A stretch of 64,000 bases of DNA, taken from the NCBI GenBank assembly GCA_013626165.1, contig NDHX01000004.1, forward strand, positions 565 to 64,564, given 5' to 3'. Positions 48,792 to 59,193 of this stretch are shown here, piece after piece. The notes below the pieces were generated by a model that ran no database searches, had not been told where the DNA came from, and saw nothing but the letters and a program-made list of their open reading frames with translations. Position numbers and translations under genes: made by a program. The stretch's first letter is position 1. Each line of letters starts with the position of its first letter. This DNA is from Candidatus Velesiimonas alkalicola (GTDB lineage: Bacteria > Omnitrophota > Gorgyraeia > Velesiimonadales > Velesiimonadaceae).

Positions 48792-49334
48792 TTATTGCAC
48801 TTTTGTAATTCTTTGAATTTCTGGGTCAGTAAATATATCAAATTCGTCCATTGATTTCGTAGAAAATTCTGATACTACTGCACCATCTTTTCCTGCCTGG
48901 AACCAGTGAAGTGTGTCTGGTTGCAATGTATATTGGCTGCCTGGACTGAGTTCTATCTGATTCCAGACCGTATAATACTTCTCTTTTCCTTTCGGAGGTT
49001 TTGCCTTTAACTTATGAGTTGGATTCCCAGGCACATAAAGATAAACTTTCCCCCATCTACACCGGAAGGTCTCCTCCTTTCCCTGCTTACTGCCAACAGG
49101 AGGATGCCTGTGTTCAGGACAGGTTTGATAGGGAAACATTACAATTTCTTTTGCACAACACCTGTCGGTATTTACATAAACAAGAATTTCAACCCCTGTA
49201 TCTTTCAGTCTTCCAAGACCAAGATCTGCAACCTCTATTTTTGTCTTTTCTTGCTCTGTAATAACTATCCCTGCTTTTTCAAGGTACTTAAGTGCTTTTT
49301 GTTGCGCCAGTTTTAATTGCATTTTTGTGAGCAT
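48792..49334 (-). CDS. Cupin-type sugar isomerase (D-lyxose/D-mannose isomerase-like)
   Basis: CCAKEI…FPYQTCPEHRHPP…GKEETFRCRWGKVYLYV matches the D-lyxose ketol-isomerase cupin family. Confidence 0.6.
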   Translation of the reverse strand: MLTKMQLKLAQQKALKYLEKAGIVITEQEKTKIEVADLGLGRLKDTGVEILVYVNTDRCCAKEIVMFPYQTCPEHRHPPVGSKQGKEETFRCRWGKVYLYVPGNPTHKLKAKPPKGKEKYYTVWNQIELSPGSQYTLQPDTLHWFQAGKDGAVVSEFSTKSMDEFDIFTDPEIQRITKVQ

Positions 49335-49343
49335 CTCATCCTC

Positions 49344-50363
49344 CTATATCTGTTCTATTCCTGCCTCAAGACTATATCTTCTGCTCTCACCTGGTTTTAA
49401 GAATTGCAATCTTCCTGATTTTCTTTCCTTTGCCCTTCCCTCAACAAGACAGTTAGATGGTTCAATACCGAGAACATACATACCCTGTCCCATCATCTTC
49501 CACTGGATAAGACAGGGAAGTTCGTTCTTGAAATACTTAATATAAAAACGAATACCTATATTCTTATTCTCAATGAATACCTGGACACTGCCATTTTTAT
49601 CAGGTTCTATATTGTGGTAGTAGCACTTTTCTTTATAGCCAGGGATAGGCAATGAGAACCTGTTCCATCTTTCTTTTTCTGCTTCACCATTCCTTGGCTT
49701 TGTCTTGCCGGGGGGTAGTATCAGTTTTACATTTTTATCAATAAGGGGAAATCCAAAATTGAAGTGATAAAGTATCATATGCTCTGTATTTTGATATCCT
49801 AAATTTTCTATTTTATCCTGGATAAAGAGTCTATTTTCGCCCATTTTCGCCTGGATTTTTCTTTCAAGGCAGATGTTTTCTTCAAAATTTGAAACCTCAT
49901 ACATTTTTCCTTTTACAGACATAATGTAATCATTGTTTTCCCATATCTCATCTACACAAACACTACCTGCAGGGATGTTAGATATTCTACCGTGAAGACC
50001 AAGTTTTTTACCTTTATCAACACAGGGCCTTCCAATATAAGTTAATCCGCAGGTTGTAAGAAGTCCGCCAAAAAAACTTCTTAAAAATCCTGTCCCCTCA
50101 GGTTCAAAATAATAGGGTGAAACAATCCCTGTGGGAGAAATCCATGCCAGGGGTATACTTTTGTATTCACAAGACGCTATATCCATCCCTCTTCCAGGAA
50201 GAACAGTAAATTTAAAACCTGTGCCGGTTTTAAAGTCAATAGCAGAAACACCCTTTTCCCTGCCGTCTTGAAGTTGATACTGTTTTATTCCTCCAATCTG
50301 AGAAATATTGCCAACCCTTTTAAGAAGTTCATCCTTTGTGAATTCTTTTCCCCAGAGTTTCAT
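49344..50363 (-). CDS. Aldose-1-epimerase-like (DUF4432-type) protein
   Basis: 339-aa beta-sandwich protein. Similarity to the mutarotase-like family is recalled from memory, not proven. Confidence 0.5.
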   Translation of the reverse strand: MKLWGKEFTKDELLKRVGNISQIGGIKQYQLQDGREKGVSAIDFKTGTGFKFTVLPGRGMDIASCEYKSIPLAWISPTGIVSPYYFEPEGTGFLRSFFGGLLTTCGLTYIGRPCVDKGKKLGLHGRISNIPAGSVCVDEIWENNDYIMSVKGKMYEVSNFEENICLERKIQAKMGENRLFIQDKIENLGYQNTEHMILYHFNFGFPLIDKNVKLILPPGKTKPRNGEAEKERWNRFSLPIPGYKEKCYYHNIEPDKNGSVQVFIENKNIGIRFYIKYFKNELPCLIQWKMMGQGMYVLGIEPSNCLVEGRAKERKSGRLQFLKPGESRRYSLEAGIEQI

Positions 50364-52209
50364 TTTTGTTATCCTCCGTAATATTAAACTTTTTTATATA
50401 TACATTTAATATTGATATTGCAGAAGGGGTTATGCCTGAGATTTTAGATGCCTGTGCAAGGTCTTCTGGTTGCCTTTTTGAAAGTTTTTCAACTATTTCT
50501 TTTGAAAGCCCTGATATTTTTGAAAAATCCATACCTTTAGGTATTTTTATTTTTGAAAGGTGTTTTGTTTTTTCAATTTCTTTTAAGTGTCGCTGTATAT
50601 ATCCCTCATATTTTACATCAGTCTGAACCTGAAACGCAACATCCTCTTCTAAATCTTCAGCTTTTTTATAAAGTATTTTTATATCTGAATATGTAACATC
50701 GGGTCTTTTTAAAAATTCATCAAGGCTTACAGGCCTGTTTATTGAACCCATATTTAAGGGAAGTATCATCGTTGTTTTCAGATGTTGTTTTTCTTCTTCA
50801 ATAATCTTCTTTTTCCTTTCTACTTCTCTATAAAAACCCTCTGATAAAAGTCCAAACCTGTAACCATATCTTGAAAGTCTTATGTGCGCATTGTCCTCTC
50901 TTAAAATAAGTCTGTACTCAACCCTTGATGTGAACATCCTGTATGGCTCGTCAGTTCCTTTTGTTACAAGGTCATCCATAAGAACACCGATATATCCCTC
51001 ATATCTGTGCATAATAAACGGCTCTTTTTCTTTTATAAAAAGCGCTGCATTTATGCCTGCTATAAGACCCTGTGCTGCTGCTTCTTCGTAGCCGGTAGTT
51101 CCATTTATTTGTCCTGCAAAAAAAAGTCCCCTTATATTTTTTGTTTCAAGTGTATGTTTTAATTGTGTTGGTTCTATAAAATCATACTCAATGCCATATC
51201 CGTACTGCAAGAATTGTGCCTTTTTAAGTCCCTCTATGCTATGAATCATTTTTTCTTGTACATCTTTCGGAAGGCTTGTGGATATTCCATTAAGGTACGC
51301 CTGGGGTGTGTGTCTTCCTTCCGGTTCTATAAATATGTGGTGTCTTTCCCTGTTTGAAAATCGGACAACCTTATCTTCTATTGAAGGGCAGTATCTTACA
51401 CCTTTTGCTTTTATTACACCTGTATAAAGCGGTGAACGGTTCAGGTTATTTAAAATAATCTGATGTGTGGTTTTGTTTGTGTATGTAAGATAACACAGGA
51501 TTTGTTCCTGTTTCATCGGTTTTGTTCTAAATGAAAAACCAGATGGCGGGGTATCACCTTCTATTTTTTTTAATTTTTCAAGGTTTATTGTTTTTATATC
51601 AATCCTGGGACAGGTTCCGGTCTTAAAGCGTCCCACACTAAAACCCATATCTTGAATCTGGATAGCCACTTTTGAAACAGCCTTTTCTTGCAATCTTCCA
51701 GAGGGAAAATTTTCAAGTCCGATATGTATAATTCCCCTGAAAAATGTCCCGGGGCAAAAAACAGCGGCCTTACATTCAATCTGTTCCTGATTATTAATTT
51801 CAATAGAACAGATAGAGTTAGCCCTTGTTTTTAACCCTGTAACCTCTGCCTCAATTATTTTAAGGTTTTTCTGATTTTCAAGAATCTGTCTTATATATAT
51901 TCTATATTCTTTCCTGTCTATCTGACACCTTGAAGACCTTACAGCAGGGCCATAAGATGTGTTAAGCCTTTTAAATTGTATGCCGCAAACGTCTGCTGCA
52001 AGTCCCATCTGGCCGCCAAGCGCATCTATTTCTTTTACAAGCTGTCCCTTCCCAATCCCGCCGATTGCAGGATTGCAAGAACATTCACCTATCTTATCAA
52101 GGCTTAAGGTTATAAGAAGTGTTGAGCACCCCATCCTGCTTGATGCAAGGGCTGCTTCTGTGCCAGAGTGTCCCGCCCCTACTATGGCTACATCAAACTG
52201 TTTTTCCAT
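50329..52209 (-). CDS. mnmG: tRNA uridine 5-carboxymethylaminomethyl modification enzyme MnmG (GidA)
   Basis: FDVAIVGAGHSGTEAA FAD motif; ~625 aa with a GidA-associated C-terminal domain. Confidence 0.9.
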   Translation of the reverse strand: MEKQFDVAIVGAGHSGTEAALASSRMGCSTLLITLSLDKIGECSCNPAIGGIGKGQLVKEIDALGGQMGLAADVCGIQFKRLNTSYGPAVRSSRCQIDRKEYRIYIRQILENQKNLKIIEAEVTGLKTRANSICSIEINNQEQIECKAAVFCPGTFFRGIIHIGLENFPSGRLQEKAVSKVAIQIQDMGFSVGRFKTGTCPRIDIKTINLEKLKKIEGDTPPSGFSFRTKPMKQEQILCYLTYTNKTTHQIILNNLNRSPLYTGVIKAKGVRYCPSIEDKVVRFSNRERHHIFIEPEGRHTPQAYLNGISTSLPKDVQEKMIHSIEGLKKAQFLQYGYGIEYDFIEPTQLKHTLETKNIRGLFFAGQINGTTGYEEAAAQGLIAGINAALFIKEKEPFIMHRYEGYIGVLMDDLVTKGTDEPYRMFTSRVEYRLILREDNAHIRLSRYGYRFGLLSEGFYREVERKKKIIEEEKQHLKTTMILPLNMGSINRPVSLDEFLKRPDVTYSDIKILYKKAEDLEEDVAFQVQTDVKYEGYIQRHLKEIEKTKHLSKIKIPKGMDFSKISGLSKEIVEKLSKRQPEDLAQASKISGITPSAISILNVYIKKFNITEDNKNETLGKRIHKG

Positions 52210-53429
52210 ATATTTAGTCTTATAAGATTCAGAGCATACTGGACAGTGGTGTGCTTTATATCTTCTCTAGGGCTTGAAAATATAAACCTATGTGTATGTA
52301 TATCTTTTTTGTCTGCGATTGAAATAAAAACAAGTCCGACAGGTTTTTGTTTTGTTCCGCCTCCGGGTCCTGCAATTCCGGTAATACCAATAGCATATGT
52401 GCTGTTTGAAATCCTCTTAACTCCTTCTGCCATCTGTTCTGCAATTTGTTCACTTACTGCACCATATCTTTTAATCAGTCTTTCTTGAACACCTAAAATT
52501 TTTATTTTACTTTCATTGCTGTATGATGTAATTCCTACCAAAAAATATTTTGAACTTCCCGAAACATTTGTTATCCTGTTTGACAGAAGCCCTCCTGTGC
52601 AGGATTCGGCAACCGATAGTGTTGATGAGTTTTTTAAAAGTAGAGCCCCTACAACCTCTTCAAGGGTTTCCTTGTCTTTCCCAAAGATGTTATTTTTTAG
52701 TCTTTTTTCTATTTCTTTTTCTACACTTTCAAATTTTTTGTTTGCCTGTTCTATATCTTTTGCCTTTGTTCTTATTCTTAATTCTACCTGTGAAAGATGA
52801 GCATAAATTCCAACTGTTATATCAGGGCCGAGGGTTAAAATATCTTTTACTTTTTCATTTACCTCTGATTCTCTGATGCCCATAGTTTTAATTGTTCGTG
52901 TAAAAAGACTCTGTTTAGAGTGCTTTTTAAGATAAGTCATCAGATACCCTTCTACCATCGTTTGCATTTCTCTGGAAACGCCTGGAAAAAGAAACACATC
53001 ACATGCTTTTATTTTTATATATATACCTGGTGCTGTCCCGATACTGTTTTCTATTACCCTTGAACCTTTTAGGACATATGCCTGTTTTATATCTAATGAA
53101 ACATCAATATTTTTTTCTCTTGAAAATCTTTTTATGTTTTTTAATGTTTTTTTATGTAAGACAAGAGGGATATTAAATATCTTTGAGACAGATCGGACTG
53201 TTACATCATCTACTGTGGCACCAAGTCCGCCTGTTGCTATTACTATATCAGACCTTTTGACCGCACTTTTAAAAACACTCCCAATTCTTTCAGGGTTGTC
53301 CCCGACATCGGTATGATAGTGGACATCTATACCCCTTTGAGCCATTTTTTCAGATACAAACCTTACATTAGTATTTAAGATATCACCTGTAAGAAGTTCT
53401 GTCCCTATACAAATAATTTCTGCTTTCAT
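52188..53429 (-). CDS. cinA: Competence/damage-inducible protein CinA (MoCF-binding + PncC nicotinamide-nucleotide amidohydrolase domains)
   Basis: MKAEIICIGTELLTGDILNTN N-terminal signature. C-terminal CinA domain (…SVAESCTGGLL…). Confidence 0.85.
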   Translation of the reverse strand: MKAEIICIGTELLTGDILNTNVRFVSEKMAQRGIDVHYHTDVGDNPERIGSVFKSAVKRSDIVIATGGLGATVDDVTVRSVSKIFNIPLVLHKKTLKNIKRFSREKNIDVSLDIKQAYVLKGSRVIENSIGTAPGIYIKIKACDVFLFPGVSREMQTMVEGYLMTYLKKHSKQSLFTRTIKTMGIRESEVNEKVKDILTLGPDITVGIYAHLSQVELRIRTKAKDIEQANKKFESVEKEIEKRLKNNIFGKDKETLEEVVGALLLKNSSTLSVAESCTGGLLSNRITNVSGSSKYFLVGITSYSNESKIKILGVQERLIKRYGAVSEQIAEQMAEGVKRISNSTYAIGITGIAGPGGGTKQKPVGLVFISIADKKDIHTHRFIFSSPREDIKHTTVQYALNLIRLNIWKNSLM

Positions 53430-54526
53430 AATAATAAGGCGCCTTTTGATGGTTCAAATCTGTATGTATCACAGTTTATATTAGTTTTCTTAAAATAGTT
53501 TTCTTTTATATATTTTGAAAATCCATCAAACCTTTCCCTTTTAAGAAGTGTAACGGTGCATCCCCCAAAGCCTGCACCTGTCATTCTGCTTCCATAAACA
53601 CCGGGAAAGTTTTTTGCAAGCCTTACAAGTATATCAAGTTCTTTACAACTTACCGAATAAAGATCACGAAGCGATGTATGCGATTCATACATAAGTTTGC
53701 CAAACCCAACAACATCATTTTTTTTAAGAAATTCAGCAGCCTTCACAGTCCTTTCTATTTCCCTTACAACATGTTCACATCTTGACCATATGTTTCCTAA
53801 AAACTTTTTTCTGTATCTGAGCAATACATCAGGGGTTATATCCCTGAGCGCTTTTATTTTTAATCCACTGGCATTAAGCATCCGAACACCCTGTTCACAG
53901 TCAGCCCTTCTTCTGTTATACTCTGAATCAACAAGTTGCCGTTTTACTTTGCTATCTACAACAGCAAAACAGAACCCATCCGGTACAGGAACATACTTAT
54001 ATTTAAGACTTCTGCAATCAAGAAATAGTGCATTCTTTTTTTTTCCCAGTGCAGATGCAAACTGGTCCATTATTCCACATCTTGTTCCTACAAACTCATT
54101 TTCAGCCCTCTGACATAACCTTATTCCTCTGATTGGGACAACATCAAAACCATTTAATTTCATCCACATCATTAAACCCGCAACCTCCATTGCAGCAGAT
54201 GAACTTAAACCAGAACCTATGGGGATATTTCCGTCAATCTCAGCCTCAATACCAGAAAGGGTCTTACCCTGTTTCTGCAATTCAAAACTAACCCCCAGTA
54301 TATAGTTTGCCCAATGGAACTGACTTTTTTCTATTTTTTCAATACTCCCTTCATATGTCTGGTCAAATAGCTTTGAATGAAGAATTATCTTCCTGTCGCT
54401 TCTTTTTTTCGCTCTTATTCTTATATATCTATCTATTGCCACAGGAAGGACAAATCCGTCGTTATAGTCTGTATGTTCCCCTATAAGATTTACTCTTCCC
54501 GGTGCTGCAACATTTATTTCAGACAT
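53426..54526 (-). CDS. galK: Galactokinase
   Basis: APGRVNLIGEHTDYNDG galactokinase signature; GHMP kinase motif GSGLSSSAA. Confidence 0.85.
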   Translation of the reverse strand: MSEINVAAPGRVNLIGEHTDYNDGFVLPVAIDRYIRIRAKKRSDRKIILHSKLFDQTYEGSIEKIEKSQFHWANYILGVSFELQKQGKTLSGIEAEIDGNIPIGSGLSSSAAMEVAGLMMWMKLNGFDVVPIRGIRLCQRAENEFVGTRCGIMDQFASALGKKKNALFLDCRSLKYKYVPVPDGFCFAVVDSKVKRQLVDSEYNRRRADCEQGVRMLNASGLKIKALRDITPDVLLRYRKKFLGNIWSRCEHVVREIERTVKAAEFLKKNDVVGFGKLMYESHTSLRDLYSVSCKELDILVRLAKNFPGVYGSRMTGAGFGGCTVTLLKRERFDGFSKYIKENYFKKTNINCDTYRFEPSKGALLL

Positions 54527-54539
54527 TTTAATCTCCTAT

Positions 54540-54580
54540 GTTAACAGAGCACCAGGCACCAGAGCACCAGGCACCAGATA
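54540..54580. repeat. GCACCAGR octamer tandem repeat
   Basis: cagagcaccaggcaccagagcaccaggcaccag, between the galK start and the upstream gene end. Confidence 0.8.
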
Positions 54581-54586
54581 TTGGGG

Positions 54587-55516
54587 CTATTCAATCACTA
54601 TTGTTATCTTTGTTCCGGGTTTTAATTTGTTTGGATCTCTTATTCTTGCTTTATTTAAATTATACAGTGTCCGCCACCTGTTCCCGTCACCTAAGTGTTC
54701 TTTTGCAATTTTCCACAGGGTATCGCCTTTTTTTACAGTGTATTCTTTTTGAAAAACTTTTTCAGCACTTTCTATATACAATCTTTCTTCTATGATATAT
54801 GTTTCTTCACCTGTTTTGATTGCCCGATGATCTTTCGGCACCTCCCCTGCTGGAAGCATTATCTCTTCTACCTCTGCAATAATAAAGTGGGCATTCCTGT
54901 CTCTTTGCATACCTTTGATATCTTTTACAGTCGCAACCGCATCAAGTTTGCCTCTGCTTATCATTCTTATCCTTTGTTCAGAGATCCCTCTTTCTATTAA
55001 AAACCTTTGGACAGATGCTGCTCTTCTTCTACCTAATCTATAATTGTACTCAATGGAGCCTCTTACATCACAGTTGCCTGTTATAAGTATATCTGTTTCC
55101 CTGTTGGCTCTTAATACTCTAGCGGCATCTTCTAATATTTTTATATGGTCTTTCCTTAAATCACTTTTGTCAAAATCAAAATATATCTTTACATTTCTAA
55201 GTATTTTCTTAACAAGAAGAGATGGTCTTAATTCCCCTGGTTCAGGTGGGGGAAGTTCATCTGCTTTGTAGTCATATATTATTTTATGTACAAAAATATA
55301 TCCCCTGTTTCCCCAGGGACGTGCCTCGCCCGGCTCCTTGGGCCACCACCAGTATCCGCCCCTTTCATCTCGGACAGGACCTGGCTGTGCATCTGTGGGC
55401 CACCATTGAAACTCTTTTTGCAGTTCTCTTAACTGTTCATCTTTACTTAGTCTGCCTGAAAAACCCTGAATTGAAAAAACTGTTAAAAACAATATTAAAA
55501 ATATTTTTGCTTTCAT
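54587..55516 (-). CDS. OmpA-family peptidoglycan-binding protein with C-terminal LysM domain
   Basis: Signal peptide. OmpA_C motif (…TGNCDVRGSIEYNYRLGRRRAASV…). C-terminal LysM (YTVKKGDTLWKIAKEHLGD). Confidence 0.8.
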   Translation of the reverse strand: MKAKIFLILFLTVFSIQGFSGRLSKDEQLRELQKEFQWWPTDAQPGPVRDERGGYWWWPKEPGEARPWGNRGYIFVHKIIYDYKADELPPPEPGELRPSLLVKKILRNVKIYFDFDKSDLRKDHIKILEDAARVLRANRETDILITGNCDVRGSIEYNYRLGRRRAASVQRFLIERGISEQRIRMISRGKLDAVATVKDIKGMQRDRNAHFIIAEVEEIMLPAGEVPKDHRAIKTGEETYIIEERLYIESAEKVFQKEYTVKKGDTLWKIAKEHLGDGNRWRTLYNLNKARIRDPNKLKPGTKITIVIE

Positions 55517-55697
55517 ATCTACCTCCTGGTATAATCTTCACTCTTTTTTATATTATCTCATAAAAATATTTAAATTCAATTCTTTGGGTATATTCCCCAT
55601 TTAGGAATAGGAACGAATATCATAATGCCATTGTTAGGCTCGGGTTTTTTAAAAATTTAATTTTACAAAAATATAAAGATGATGGTATAATAAGCCT

Positions 55698-57122
55698 ATG
55701 GTTTTAAGAATGCTGATATTATTGTGTTTTCTTGTTTTTCCTTTTAATCTTTTTTCAAATGCTTATATAATCCCTATCAAGGGCACAATAGACCTTGGAC
55801 TTTCCTCATTTGTAAAAAGAGCGATAGAAGAGGCAAAACAATCAAACGCTTCTGCAATAATACTTGATATAGATACCCATGGTGGAAGGCTTGATGCTGT
55901 TGACCAGATAAGTTCTTATATTTCAGGCGCAAAACCAATACCTGTTATTGCATTTGTAAGAGGAAAAGCCTGGTCAGCAGGGGCCCTTATCAGTCTTTCT
56001 TGTCAAAAAATATATATGGCTAAAGGCTCAAGCATAGGTTCTGCGGAACCAAGAAGGGTTAGTCTCTTCGGCTCTCCTGAGATTGACGAAAAATCAATAT
56101 CTGCTGTAAGGGCAAAATTTCGTTCAACTGCAGAAGAAAATGGACATAGTCCTGTTCTGGCTGAAAAAATGGTAGATAAGGATATATTGTTAAAAATGAT
56201 AGAGTATGAAGGAATTACAAGTGCAGTCAAGGAAGAAGAATATAATATTAAAAAGGAGCGGGTGGGTGAAGGAAAGATAAGGACTGTTCCTGCTCCTGTC
56301 GGATTTGGAAGAGGAAAGCTTTTAAATTTAAGTGCCGGTGAAGCAAAAACCCTTAAACTTGCATACAATGTTGTAGATACAGTTGATGATGTAATAAGGG
56401 GGGAAGGCTTCTCTGAATATGAAGTGATTAAAAAAACAATGAACTGGGCCGAGGCTATGGTAAGATTCTTTACCGACCCTATGGTTAGTTCTCTTCTTCT
56501 TACACTGGGATTTTTAGGGCTGTTGAGTGAATTACGGATGCCCGGGTGGGGAATTTCAGGAACAATTGGTGTAATATTCCTTATACTTTTTTTCTGGGGA
56601 CATTATCTTGTAGGACTTGCAAACTGGATTGAGATAATACTTTTTACAGTAGGCGTAGGGCTTTTAATTCTTGAAATTTTTATTACACCCGGATTTGGAA
56701 TTGCAGGTATTTCCGGTATAATACTCGTTGTTACAAGCCTGTTTCTTGCTATGGTAAAGCACCCATTCAAACCAGAGCAGTTTGAAATTACACAGGCATT
56801 TTATGTTATAACATATGCACTTGTTGGTTCCATTTTAGTATGGATATTGACTATGAGATTTTTACCAAGAACACATTTTTGGAAACGTCTTATACTTGCT
56901 ACAGAACAAAAAAAAGAGCTAGGCTATACATCGGAAGCAAACAGACTAAAAAAGTACGTTGGCAGGACAGGTATTGCAGATACATATTTAAGACCCAGCG
57001 GAAGAATAAGAATTGAAAACGAACTTATAGATGCAGAAACACAGGGTGAATTTATAGAAAATGGGAATCCTGTTATAGTAGTAAAAATTGAAGGCTCCAG
57101 GGTAATAGTTAAAGAGGTATAA
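55698..57122 (+). CDS. NfeD-family membrane-bound ClpP-class serine protease
   Basis: N-terminal ClpP-like domain (AIILDIDTHGGRLDA…). Multiple TM helices and a C-terminal OB-fold. Located upstream of an SPFH protein. Confidence 0.8.
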   Translation: MVLRMLILLCFLVFPFNLFSNAYIIPIKGTIDLGLSSFVKRAIEEAKQSNASAIILDIDTHGGRLDAVDQISSYISGAKPIPVIAFVRGKAWSAGALISLSCQKIYMAKGSSIGSAEPRRVSLFGSPEIDEKSISAVRAKFRSTAEENGHSPVLAEKMVDKDILLKMIEYEGITSAVKEEEYNIKKERVGEGKIRTVPAPVGFGRGKLLNLSAGEAKTLKLAYNVVDTVDDVIRGEGFSEYEVIKKTMNWAEAMVRFFTDPMVSSLLLTLGFLGLLSELRMPGWGISGTIGVIFLILFFWGHYLVGLANWIEIILFTVGVGLLILEIFITPGFGIAGISGIILVVTSLFLAMVKHPFKPEQFEITQAFYVITYALVGSILVWILTMRFLPRTHFWKRLILATEQKKELGYTSEANRLKKYVGRTGIADTYLRPSGRIRIENELIDAETQGEFIENGNPVIVVKIEGSRVIVKEV

Positions 57123-57160
57123 ACATAGATACACTACCAATAATATTTTTTATTTTATCT

Positions 57161-57616
57161 ATGCTCGTTTTAGGATTTGTTCTATTATTGATAGAATTTT
57201 TTATAATCCCAGGTTTGGGTATAGTTGGTATATCAGGACTCGGGCTTCTTGCATATGGATCCTGGCTAAGTTATACAGAACTAAATATATGGGCCGGCAG
57301 TGTAGTAAGTGCTGGAAGCTTGCTTGTTATTATACTTGGACTCAAATTATTACCAAAAACCAGTGCATGGAAAAAGTTGAACCTCTCAAAGACTGTGGAT
57401 TCTAAGTCCGGTTTTAAGTCGTCTCCGGAAGGGATTGAAAATCTTATTGGAAAAAAGGGGAAAACCCTTTCTGCTTTGAGGCCTTCTGGTATTGCAGAGA
57501 TTGAAGGACAAAGGACAGATGTTCAAGCAGAAGGGATATTTATAGAAAAGGACAAAGAGATAGTTGTTGTTTGTATTGAAGGAAGCACAGCGATAGTGAA
57601 GAAAGGCAATGGATAA
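57161..57616 (+). CDS. Short NfeD-family protein (TM helices + OB-fold)
   Basis: 151 aa with two TM helices and a C-terminal beta-rich OB-like domain (…EGIFIEKDKEIVVVCIEGSTAIV), paralogous to the C-terminus of the preceding gene. Confidence 0.6.
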   Translation: MLVLGFVLLLIEFFIIPGLGIVGISGLGLLAYGSWLSYTELNIWAGSVVSAGSLLVIILGLKLLPKTSAWKKLNLSKTVDSKSGFKSSPEGIENLIGKKGKTLSALRPSGIAEIEGQRTDVQAEGIFIEKDKEIVVVCIEGSTAIVKKGNG

Positions 57617-57624
57617 CAGAATAT

Positions 57625-57680
57625 AGGCGACTGAGCGACAGGCGACTGGTGCACTGGTGCACTGGTGCTCTGGTGCTCTA
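57625..57680. repeat. GCACCAG-family octamer repeat in reverse orientation (CTGGTGCW)
   Basis: gcgactggtgcactggtgcactggtgctctggtgctct, between short nfeD and floA on a plus-strand operon. Confidence 0.8.
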
Positions 57681-57698
57681 ATAATATAGGAGGAAAAT

Positions 57699-58697
57699 AT
57701 GCAAGTGCCACTAGTATTTATTGTTGTTGTAGCAGTAGTAGTAGTTTTCCTTTTTTTGTTTGTACATCTTATTCCTATAAGGCTGTGGATTGCAGCAGTT
57801 GCATCTGGGGTAAAGGTAAGTGTAATCAGTCTTGTTGGTATGAGGTTAAGAGCGGTAAGGCCTGAGATAATTGTTCCGTCTCTGATAAGTAGCCATAAGG
57901 CAGGTATTTCGCTTTCATCCGATGCATTAGAAGCACACTATCTTGCAGGAGGAGATGTTGTAAAGGTTGTATATGCACTTATTGCAGCAGATAAGGCGAA
58001 CCTAGGGCTTACATTTGAAAGAGCCTGTGCAATTGACCTTGCCGGGAGAGATGTCCTTGATGCTGTAAAAACAAGTGTAAATCCGAAGGTAATAGACTGT
58101 CCTGCAAAAGACAGTAGAAAAGAAAACATAGACGCAGTTGCTATGGATGGGATTCAATTAAGGGCCAAGGCAAGGGTCACTGTAAGAACGAATATTGAAA
58201 GGCTTGTTGGAGGAGCAACAGAAGAAACAATCGTTGCTCGTGTTGGAGAAGGGATAGTATCTACCATAGGTTCTTCGGAAACATATAAAAGGGTTCTTGA
58301 AAATCCTGATTCCATATCAAAAACGGTTCTTGCAAAAGGGCTTGATTCAGGAACAGCATTTCAGATACTTTCAATTGATATTGCAGATATAGATGTCGGA
58401 GAAAATATTGGCGCACAGTTGCAGGCAAAACAAGCAGAAGCAGACCTACAGGTTGCAAGAGCAAGAGCCGAAACAAGAAGGGCCCTTGCAGTTGCACAGG
58501 AACAGGAAATGAAAGCAAAAACACAGGAGATGAAAGCCAAAGTTGTAGAAGCAGAGGCAGAGGTTCCAAAGGCAATTGCATATGCATTCAGAGAGGGAAA
58601 ACTCGGAGTTATGGATTATTATAACTTAAAAAATATACAGGCAGATACACAAATGAGAGAAAAAATAGCAGGTCCTGAAAAAATAAAGGAAGAATAA
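57699..58697 (+). CDS. floA: Flotillin-like protein FloA (SPFH/band-7)
   Basis: Near-colinear with Bacillus FloA: …VGMRLR…HYLAGG…[18 protein letters not shown]…[15 protein letters not shown]…[12 protein letters not shown]… and a C-terminal EA-rich coiled coil. Confidence 0.9.
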   Translation: MQVPLVFIVVVAVVVVFLFLFVHLIPIRLWIAAVASGVKVSVISLVGMRLRAVRPEIIVPSLISSHKAGISLSSDALEAHYLAGGDVVKVVYALIAADKANLGLTFERACAIDLAGRDVLDAVKTSVNPKVIDCPAKDSRKENIDAVAMDGIQLRAKARVTVRTNIERLVGGATEETIVARVGEGIVSTIGSSETYKRVLENPDSISKTVLAKGLDSGTAFQILSIDIADIDVGENIGAQLQAKQAEADLQVARARAETRRALAVAQEQEMKAKTQEMKAKVVEAEAEVPKAIAYAFREGKLGVMDYYNLKNIQADTQMREKIAGPEKIKEE

Positions 58698-59146
58698 TGG
58701 AAAATGCAGAGAAATGGATATACCTTATTGTTATTGTAATATTTGTTATATCAACAATAGCAAGCCTTCTTAATGCAATCAAAGAAAAAAAGTCTTCTGC
58801 TCCCGAGGGACATGAAGGGTGGACACTGAAAGATATTTTTAAAGTCATAGGTCAGGAAGAGGAGGTTGAAATTCCTCCTCAGAAACAGGTGCATAAATCA
58901 ACCCAACCTGTAAACACCTATCTGCAGGCTAAAGCACAAGGCACTGCCCAGCCTTCGCGCACAGAGGTTATGGCAGGTGGGATAAAAACTGAAGAAAAAA
59001 AAGAATACATACCTGTAAAAAAAGATTGTGTAGCACCTGTTCACTTAAAAGACTGGTTAGAGATTGAATCAGTAGAAAGTTTAAGGAAGTATATTATTTT
59101 TAACACTATATTGGGCAAGCCAAGGTGTAAAATAGGCAGGCTGTAG
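58697..59146 (+). CDS. Hypothetical single-pass membrane protein
   Basis: N-terminal TM helix. No known motif. Start overlaps the floA stop (ATGA). Confidence 0.4.
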   Translation: MENAEKWIYLIVIVIFVISTIASLLNAIKEKKSSAPEGHEGWTLKDIFKVIGQEEEVEIPPQKQVHKSTQPVNTYLQAKAQGTAQPSRTEVMAGGIKTEEKKEYIPVKKDCVAPVHLKDWLEIESVESLRKYIIFNTILGKPRCKIGRL

Positions 59147-59193
59147 GCTATTAGACTGATAGCCACCTACGGTTTAAATAACCTGAAAAGCAA

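Noticed and set aside
57161-58697. nfeD-nfeD-floA as a novel system
   Set aside because: It is the well-known NfeD/SPFH (flotillin) operon arrangement. FloA aligns almost colinearly with Bacillus FloA. Annotated but not novel.
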